A stretch of DNA of 64,000 nucleotides from an uncultured Candidatus Saccharibacteria bacterium (lineage in GTDB: Bacteria; Patescibacteriota; Doudnabacteria; UBA920): positions 22,914 to 86,913 of the forward strand of contig CAZRKK010000003.1 in assembly GCA_964600695.1 (NCBI GenBank), read 5' to 3'. Both the position numbers and the translations under genes were made by a program. This document shows positions 58,099 to 64,000 of the stretch, piece after piece. Position 1 is the first letter of the stretch. Every line of letters starts with the position of its first letter. Under the pieces are notes generated by a model. It worked only from the letters and a program-made list of their open reading frames with translations, ran no database searches and was not told the DNA's origin.

Positions 58099-58503
58099 AT
58101 GGCACAAGAAAATACAGCAGCCGAAACAATTGTCGGCCCATCAGTAAAAATCCAAGGTGATTTAGTTTCCGAAGGTAACATTCGAATCGAAGGCAGTGTT
58201 ACTGGTAAAGTTCACACATCTCAAAGTGTACACGTTGGTGAAGGAGCAGTAATCTCTGCCGACATGCAAGCTGGTAATGCAATCATCGCAGGACAAGTTG
58301 CAGGCAATATTAAAGTCACTGGAAATTTAATCCTTCAAGCTACTGCCCGAATTAGTGGAGATATCGCTTGTGGAGTGTTACGAGTAGAAGACGGGGCGTT
58401 ATTCTCTGGAAAATGCAACATGAAGGGTGCAGCAATCGATAAATCAAAATTAGCTGGAGCAACTACAAGCAGCTCTGCCAATGAACCAGAAACTGAGAAG
58501 TAA
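58099..58503 (+). CDS. Bactofilin (CcmA/DUF583) cytoskeletal protein
   Basis: Repetitive beta-helical pattern: VKIQGDLVSEGNIRIEGSVTGKVHTSQSVHVGEGAVISADMQAGNAIIAGQVAGNIKVTGNLILQATARISGDIAC. Confidence 0.85.
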   Translation: MAQENTAAETIVGPSVKIQGDLVSEGNIRIEGSVTGKVHTSQSVHVGEGAVISADMQAGNAIIAGQVAGNIKVTGNLILQATARISGDIACGVLRVEDGALFSGKCNMKGAAIDKSKLAGATTSSSANEPETEK

Positions 58504-58514
58504 AATCTTCTCAA

Positions 58515-59357
58515 ATGTATTTCTATATATTAGATAGCACCAATATTTCCCCAGCGGAATTTGAAAAAGCCCAAGTCACACTTCAGGGGCTTTTAACGCA
58601 GTTCCGAATTTCTGGTGAAATGGTCCGTGTGACTTCTATTCGAGGGATTCCCGAGCTAGTAGAATTAGCCGCAGAACGGGGAGTCAAAACTCTTATTGCT
58701 TGTGGCACCGACGATACTTTTAATATCATGTTAGCGTATCTAGCTGGTCGTGATTTTGCCTTAGGTTTCATTCCTCTGGTTCCAGAAACTTCGTTAGGAC
58801 AAATTTTAGGGATCGATAACTTAGAAACTGCTGTTAAAACTGTGGCAGCACGCAGATTAGAAAAACTAGACCTTGCTGTTCTAGGAGATAATTATTTTAT
58901 TAGTCAGGTTGAATTTGGCATTGCTTCTACAAAAGTTAAAAATATGAGCTGGTGGTCTAGTATGAGAACTTTGGGTAAAGATGAAATCAAAATTAAACTT
59001 CGCATCGACAATTCGTACACCATGGACATCACTTGTCTAGGTGGAACAGTTACTAATAGCCGAACAACTTCTAGCTCCAATAGTAGTATTGCTAACCCGA
59101 CCGATGGATTTTTGGATTTAATGATTTTAGAACGACTATCCCGAGTTGATGTTTTAAAATACAAACCCGACATAGCTTCTGGGGTACTAGAAAATATCCC
59201 AGGCACATCTGTAATCAAATGTAGACAAGTAGAATTTTTAGAACCCAGAGGATTCCCTTTAAATATTGCAGGCCGCACCTTTGCCAAAATACCTGCTGTG
59301 GTTTCTATAATCCCAAGAGAGTTAAGAATGATTGTAGGGAAAAATAGAACTTTTTAA
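58515..59357 (+). CDS. Diacylglycerol-kinase catalytic-domain (DAGK_cat/YegS-like) lipid kinase family protein, divergent
   Basis: LIACGTDDTFNIM resembles the GGDGT nucleotide-binding loop, and the overall length and architecture fit. The match is weak. Confidence 0.45.
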   Translation: MYFYILDSTNISPAEFEKAQVTLQGLLTQFRISGEMVRVTSIRGIPELVELAAERGVKTLIACGTDDTFNIMLAYLAGRDFALGFIPLVPETSLGQILGIDNLETAVKTVAARRLEKLDLAVLGDNYFISQVEFGIASTKVKNMSWWSSMRTLGKDEIKIKLRIDNSYTMDITCLGGTVTNSRTTSSSNSSIANPTDGFLDLMILERLSRVDVLKYKPDIASGVLENIPGTSVIKCRQVEFLEPRGFPLNIAGRTFAKIPAVVSIIPRELRMIVGKNRTF

Positions 59358-59450
59358 ATAAAATCGCCTAAACAAAACCTATGCCTTAATAATTACGGGA
59401 TAGGTTTTTTGCTTGCATTTTCTGCGATTTTGCAGTATAGTTAATCAGTT

Positions 59451-61391
59451 ATGAACTTATCATCTCTATCTCACGAGTTAAATATGTCGATACAAGAACT
59501 GCGGACTAAAGCTAATGCCGCAGGTTTTCGAATTTCCCCTCGTGCAAATAAGATCGATAACTACCTTGCCAAACAACTTAAGGATGCCTTCAGTGTCAAA
59601 CCTGTCGAAGCTACACCCAAAGACACCACACCAAAAAAAGTATCTCTTCCCTCATTTATTAAAGTTCGCGATTTCGCCGAACTTCTAAAACTTCCTGTCA
59701 CTGATGTCATCAAAACACTTATTCAAAATGGAGTAATGGCAACCATCAACGAAGAAGTTGATTTTGAAACTGCTAGTATTATTGCTCAAGACTTAGGTTT
59801 TGAAGTAGCCAGCGAGCAAACCACAGAGGTAAAAGAATTTGGAACTGGTTTTTTGCAAGAGCAATTAGCTGCAGAAACTGATGATGTCCGAACACCACGT
59901 GCACCAATCGTAGCTGTCATGGGTCACGTTGACCATGGAAAGACTACTTTACTTGATGCAATCCGAGAGACTGATGTTGTCGCAGGTGAAAGCGGTGGGA
60001 TCACCCAACATATTGGTGCGTACAAAGTTAAAAAAGACGGTAAGCTTTTAACCTTTTTGGATACTCCTGGTCACGAAGCCTTCGTAGAAATGCGTGCTCG
60101 TGGTGCTAATGTTACTGACATAATTATTTTAGTAGTGGCTGCTGATGATAGTGTTCGCCCACAAACTATAGAAGTAATCAATCGTGCTAAATTTACCAAC
60201 ACACCGATCATTGTTGCCATTAACAAAATTGATAAAGAAGGTGCAAACATTCCTAAAGTAAAACAAGAACTAGCCGAACATGGCATCCTCACCGAAGACT
60301 GGGGTGGTAAAACTATTGCTGTAGAAATTTCTGCTAAACAAAAGATTGGTATAGATAAATTATTAGAAATGGTTTTGCTTCAAGCCGAAGTAGAGAACTA
60401 CACCGCTAATCCAAAAGGTCAGTTACTAGGAACTGTAATTGAATCTCACATCTCACAAGGACAAGGACCAGTCGCTACTATAATTATCCAAAATGGAACT
60501 CTTCATATTGGTGACATCATGGTGGCTGGTATTGGTTATGGCAAAGTGAAGTCTATGGAAGACGAGAATGGTAAAAAACTAAAATCAGCTGGGCCATCTA
60601 CACCAGTAGTAGTATCAGGTTTTTCTGACCTTCCTGAAGCAGGAGATATTCTTCAAACTACTGAGACTTTAGATCAAGCTCGAGATATTGGCGTTACCGC
60701 GCAAAAGCTTAAGCACAGCCGTCGCTTAACTGTTCGTTCTAAATTACAACTTGATTCAGATAGCAAAGCTCTTAATTTAATTTTGAAAGCTGATGTGGCT
60801 GGTAGTCTTGAAGCTATCAAACAATCATTCAGCAAACTTAAAAATGATGAAGTTCAAATTAATGTTCTAAGTGAAGGTATTGGTGAAGTAAATGAAAATG
60901 ATGTCTTGTTAGCAGAAAGTTCTAAAGCAAACGTTATTGCGTTCCGAACCAAAACTAATCCAAAGGCAATCAATTTGGCGAAGCAGAAGAAAGTCAACAT
61001 CGACAGCTATGATGTTATTTACGAACTATTAGAAAATGTTACTAGTGCTGTAGTAGAAATGTTTACCCCAGAAATGGAAAAGAAAGTATTTGGTCGTGCT
61101 AAGGTTTTAGCTATCTTCCGTACCGAAAAAGCTTTGATGATCATTGGTGGTGAAGTTCTAGATGGAGAAATCCGCAAGAACAAAATGCTGGCCATTGTGA
61201 AGAAAAATGAAGAAGGGGAATACCAAGAATTAGCTCGCGGCGAAATTGTAGAACTTCAACAGAACAAGATTGATACTAAGGAAATTCCTCGTGGTCGCGA
61301 ATTTGGAATGAAGATTAAAACCAATTACAAACTTCAAGTTGGAGATATTATTGAAAGCTTCGAAGAAAGCCTGAAACAAAAGAGTCTTTAA
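59451..61391 (+). CDS. infB: Translation initiation factor IF-2 (short N-terminus)
   Basis: G domain: VAVMGHVDHGKTTLLDAIR, LTFLDTPGHEAF, VAINKIDK. Domains II to IV follow. Confidence 0.95.
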   Translation: MNLSSLSHELNMSIQELRTKANAAGFRISPRANKIDNYLAKQLKDAFSVKPVEATPKDTTPKKVSLPSFIKVRDFAELLKLPVTDVIKTLIQNGVMATINEEVDFETASIIAQDLGFEVASEQTTEVKEFGTGFLQEQLAAETDDVRTPRAPIVAVMGHVDHGKTTLLDAIRETDVVAGESGGITQHIGAYKVKKDGKLLTFLDTPGHEAFVEMRARGANVTDIIILVVAADDSVRPQTIEVINRAKFTNTPIIVAINKIDKEGANIPKVKQELAEHGILTEDWGGKTIAVEISAKQKIGIDKLLEMVLLQAEVENYTANPKGQLLGTVIESHISQGQGPVATIIIQNGTLHIGDIMVAGIGYGKVKSMEDENGKKLKSAGPSTPVVVSGFSDLPEAGDILQTTETLDQARDIGVTAQKLKHSRRLTVRSKLQLDSDSKALNLILKADVAGSLEAIKQSFSKLKNDEVQINVLSEGIGEVNENDVLLAESSKANVIAFRTKTNPKAINLAKQKKVNIDSYDVIYELLENVTSAVVEMFTPEMEKKVFGRAKVLAIFRTEKALMIIGGEVLDGEIRKNKMLAIVKKNEEGEYQELARGEIVELQQNKIDTKEIPRGREFGMKIKTNYKLQVGDIIESFEESLKQKSL

Positions 61392-61413
61392 ATTTAGTTG
61401 TTAGAGAAAGAAA

Positions 61414-61523
61414 GGGGTAGGTTTATTGTTCGCTCAACCTGCATCACTACGCCACTACGCTCGCTTACGCGAGCTGTGGCTGTGTGAAGATGGTTTCGCT
61501 ACGCAATAAACCTACCCCTTTTT
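61414..61523 (+). terminator. Long nested-hairpin element with a T-run between infB and rbfA (terminator/attenuator or small structured RNA)
   Basis: A 15-bp outer stem (ggggtaggtttattg ... caataaacctacccc) encloses ~75 nt that include an inner hairpin (gctcgc-ttac-gcgagc); it is followed by ttttt. GC-rich relative to the flanks. Confidence 0.45.
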
Positions 61524-61628
61524 ACACAGCTTAATTAAAAACTGACTCTGTTTACAGAAAACATTATTTTCAAGACTACTTGATATAATGTAGATAACTT
61601 GATATAGTGAGACTTAAATTCTAAATTT

Positions 61629-62012
61629 ATGAAATCTAAAAAATCACATAGCAGTGCTAAGCGGGAACCAAAAAACCCTAATAGACTTCCAAAACTTAAC
61701 TCCTTACTTCAACAACTCATTGGTGAAGCCATTTTACCGTATGTAAAAATTCAAAATGGGTTAACAACTGTTAGCCAAGTAGAAGTTAGTGGTGATTCTC
61801 GTTGGGCTAAAGTTTGGGTTTCTATAGTAGGTGGAGATGATGATGAAATTTTTAAAGTCTTGAATGATAATATTTACGATATCCAAGGCGTAATCAATAA
61901 TAAACTTGGCATGAAGATGACTCCAAGAATTCAATTCTTTCTAGACACCTCGCCACGATACGCTCAACACATCAACGAACTACTAAAAAAAGTTAACGAA
62001 GACGAAGTTTAA
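61629..62012 (+). CDS. rbfA: Ribosome-binding factor A
   Basis: Position directly after infB. KH-like fold pattern: VEVSGDSRWAKVWVSIVG...TPRIQFFLD. Confidence 0.75.
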   Translation: MKSKKSHSSAKREPKNPNRLPKLNSLLQQLIGEAILPYVKIQNGLTTVSQVEVSGDSRWAKVWVSIVGGDDDEIFKVLNDNIYDIQGVINNKLGMKMTPRIQFFLDTSPRYAQHINELLKKVNEDEV

Positions 62013-62033
62013 TATTAGACCTTACCACAGATT

Positions 62034-62984
62034 ATGATTGCAGATTTTACCAAAGCAAAAGAATTAATTGAATCTTCTAACAAGATTTTATTTACAACCC
62101 ACGAGAGAACCGATGGTGACGACCTTGGTTCTGTGTTAGCTTTGGCAGAAGCAGCTCGCAACCTAGGGAAGCAAGTAAGTATAGTCACCACAGGTGGTGT
62201 ACCGAGTCGTCTATTATACCTACCAATGGCAGACGATGTAAACGAAGACCTTGTTAGCGAAGATTTTGATTTATTAGTTGTGTCTGGCTGTTCTTCTTTG
62301 TCCAGAATCAACAATGCTAAAATTGAAAGCCTACAAGTTCCAATCATCAACTTCGATCATCACCCAGATAATAAAAATTATGCTGATGTAAATGTCGTTG
62401 ATCCTACCAAATCTTCTGTAGCAGAGTTAGTTTATGATTTTTTTAGATTTTGTGAATGGGAAATCAATCACCAAATTGCCACCTGCTTATTAACAGGAAT
62501 TATTACTGACACAGGATTACTCATGCATGCCAATACTCAGGCTAGTACTTTGTCTGCCGCTGGAGAGTTAATGAAGCATGGTGCACGAATCAGCCAAGTA
62601 TCTAAACACACCTTTACTAATGCTACCCCAACACATTTAAGAGCGTGGGGTGAGGCTTTAAAGAATTCTTATTTTAATGCAGAGAATCAAGTTATTTATT
62701 CAGTTATAACCGAAGACCAACTTGCTAGTTTGGGTAATCCAGAATTAGCTAATTTCGAAGGATTGGTAGAAACTCTAAATAAAGTTCCGGAAGCCAAGTA
62801 CGCTATGTTTTTAAAAGAAGATCATGGCCGTATAAAAGGTAGTTTACGCAGTGAAGAATACAAAGGAGTTGATGTTCAAAAGATCGCTCAGCAATTAGGT
62901 GGAGGTGGCCATAAACTAGCTGCTGGCTTCTCTATGGTAGGTAAGTTAGCTAAAACCGCTACTGGAAGATGGGAAATAGTTTAG
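62034..62984 (+). CDS. nrnA: DHH/DHHA1 phosphoesterase NrnA (bifunctional oligoribonuclease/pAp phosphatase)
   Basis: DHH motifs: TTHERTDGDDLGSVLAL, INFDHHPDN. DHHA1 motif: GGGGHKLAAGF. Confidence 0.85.
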   Translation: MIADFTKAKELIESSNKILFTTHERTDGDDLGSVLALAEAARNLGKQVSIVTTGGVPSRLLYLPMADDVNEDLVSEDFDLLVVSGCSSLSRINNAKIESLQVPIINFDHHPDNKNYADVNVVDPTKSSVAELVYDFFRFCEWEINHQIATCLLTGIITDTGLLMHANTQASTLSAAGELMKHGARISQVSKHTFTNATPTHLRAWGEALKNSYFNAENQVIYSVITEDQLASLGNPELANFEGLVETLNKVPEAKYAMFLKEDHGRIKGSLRSEEYKGVDVQKIAQQLGGGGHKLAAGFSMVGKLAKTATGRWEIV

Positions 62985-63016
62985 GAAATAAAAAAAACTT
63001 CTTTCGAAGTATGTTT

Positions 63017-63103
63017 TGGTGCGCGGAAGAGGACTCGAACCTCCACGTCCGTGAGGACACTGCCACCTCAAGGCAGCCTGGCTACCAGTTACAGCACCCG
63101 CGC
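63017..63103 (-). tRNA. tRNA-Leu (anticodon GAG), long variable arm, CCA encoded
   Basis: Reverse complement GCGCGGGTGCTGTAACTGGTAGCCAGGCTGCCTTGAGGTGGCAG...GGTTCGAGTCCTCTTCCGCGCACCA; anticodon loop TTGAGGT. Confidence 0.8.
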
Positions 63104-63110
63104 AAAATTG

Positions 63111-63800
63111 TTATAAAGACTCACCAATTATATCTAAAGCTAGCCTTATTTTCAATAGCTTACGTTTTAGAAAATTTTCCTTTGCATCTAAATAAATAGC
63201 TCTTAGCAAAATTAAACCTTCTCTTTTACCATACCTTAACTGATACACCGAAGAGTTTTTATTCTTAGCAATATGACCAGTGACTGAATACAGTTTGTTA
63301 TTCATTTCTCTTAACCATAAAATATGTTGTTTACTTGCTGACATAAATACAACATAGAAAAGAAAACTGGACTTCCACCTCTTATCAAAGTAGGAATAGA
63401 AAGATCCGTCTCCGTCAAAATGACCCCTAAGAAAATAGCTGTAGTATTTTTTCGGAATATTTATATCCTTAATAATTTTAGATTTGTTTGGCATCAACCC
63501 AATTTTTAATAAAAATTGGTATAACTTTACGCTTCCAAATTGGACAAAATGATATTTTTTATCTTTTTCACCACCCCTAGCCTTTAATGAAATTTTATTA
63601 TCTAAATTTAATACACTTTTAAAAGTCAAAGCTAAATCTAAATCTTTCGAAGTGAAATTTATGTGCCGACCATCTTTAGAGAGGTTTCCATCTGCCACAA
63701 TTAAACCAATCGCATATGCTAAATCTGGAGACCATCTTATAATTGTAAACTTAGTAGGCTTCATATTCTGATAATACCTCAAAGTGTAAGTGTATACCAA
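63111..63800 (-). CDS. Free-standing double-motif LAGLIDADG homing endonuclease
   Basis: Motif 1: LAYAIGLIVADGNLSKDGR. Motif 2: SYFLRGHFDGDGSFYSY. Low local GC. The ORF starts 8 nt past the tRNA-Leu 5' end and ends ~75 nt before tRNA-Val. Confidence 0.8.
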   Translation of the reverse strand: MVYTYTLRYYQNMKPTKFTIIRWSPDLAYAIGLIVADGNLSKDGRHINFTSKDLDLALTFKSVLNLDNKISLKARGGEKDKKYHFVQFGSVKLYQFLLKIGLMPNKSKIIKDINIPKKYYSYFLRGHFDGDGSFYSYFDKRWKSSFLFYVVFMSASKQHILWLREMNNKLYSVTGHIAKNKNSSVYQLRYGKREGLILLRAIYLDAKENFLKRKLLKIRLALDIIGESL

Positions 63801-63874
63801 ATATAAAATACAACCCTTGCTAAATTCAAAATAATTCTATATAATCGTATAGTTAGATAAAAAGAGTATTCCAT

Positions 63875-63951
63875 GGGCGGTTAGCTCAGCTGGTCAGAGC
63901 GCTTCGTTTACACCGAAGATGCCACAGGTTCGAATCCTGTACCGCCCACCA
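63875..63951 (+). tRNA. tRNA-Val (anticodon UAC), CCA encoded
   Basis: GGGCGGTTAGCTCAGCTGGTCAGAGCGCTTCGTTTACACCGAAGATGCCACAGGTTCGAATCCTGTACCGCCCACCA. Its acceptor and T arms are identical to those of tRNA-Val(GAC) at 25772. Confidence 0.85.
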
Positions 63952-63976
63952 TCAATTCTCGCAAGTAAATACAATT

Positions 63977-64000
63977 GCGCCCTGGTAGCTCAGTGGTAGA
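63977..64000 (+). tRNA. 5' part of a further tRNA gene, truncated by the window end
   Basis: GCGCCCTGGTAGCTCAGTGGTAGA has the form of an acceptor stem plus D-arm; the isotype cannot be determined. Confidence 0.4.

Overview
This window is an AT-rich (about 37-40% GC by eye), gene-dense bacterial chromosomal segment. Almost all genes from 1 to about 50.5 kb lie on the minus strand. Small genes, low-complexity extensions on ribosomal proteins, a compact SMC and many TrbC/VirB2-like pilin paralogs suggest a small-genome, possibly Candidate Phyla Radiation/Patescibacteria-like organism; that placement is inference only.

Housekeeping content: nusA (5' part, truncated at the window edge), yraN, rny-ymdB, a peroxiredoxin plus Fe/Mn superoxide dismutase pair, rplS-rluA-trmD-khpA, rpsP, smc-rnc, ftsH, galU, comM/yifB, lspA, rdgB, recA, a rodZ-like gene, ftsK, hsp20, rnhB, rlmH, bactofilin, infB-rbfA-nrnA, seven complete tRNAs (Val-GAC, Leu-UAG, Ser-CGA, Ala-GGC, Arg-CCU, Leu-GAG, Val-UAC) and one partial tRNA.

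Accessory or unusual content:
1. About 11.5 kb of secreted/surface-protein genes (9860-21300) sits between rpsP and khpA-trmD-rplS, which are normally adjacent. It holds three large Gly/Pro/Thr/Asn-rich paralogous surface proteins, a metzincin-type zinc protease, a small secreted Cys-containing protein, and four paralogous ~165-aa membrane-anchored proteins arranged as large-small-small modules.
2. A tandem array of seven paralogous genes (28983-34392) encodes proteins with hypervariable N-terminal ectodomains and a conserved C-terminal two-helix TrbC/VirB2-like pilin module. It includes a recent ~350-bp duplication carrying an 18-bp copy-number-variable repeat, and is followed by an orphan ABC substrate-binding lipoprotein.
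3. A ~1 kb GC-rich (~55%) islet (55650-56700) carries one unknown 282-aa ORF.
4. A free-standing double-motif LAGLIDADG homing endonuclease (63111-63800) lies between tRNA genes.
5. A ~670-bp ORF-free, GC-elevated, highly self-complementary intergenic region (39132-39804) is a candidate structured ncRNA.
6. A ~110-nt nested-hairpin element lies between infB and rbfA.

No CRISPR array, transposase or integrase was seen.
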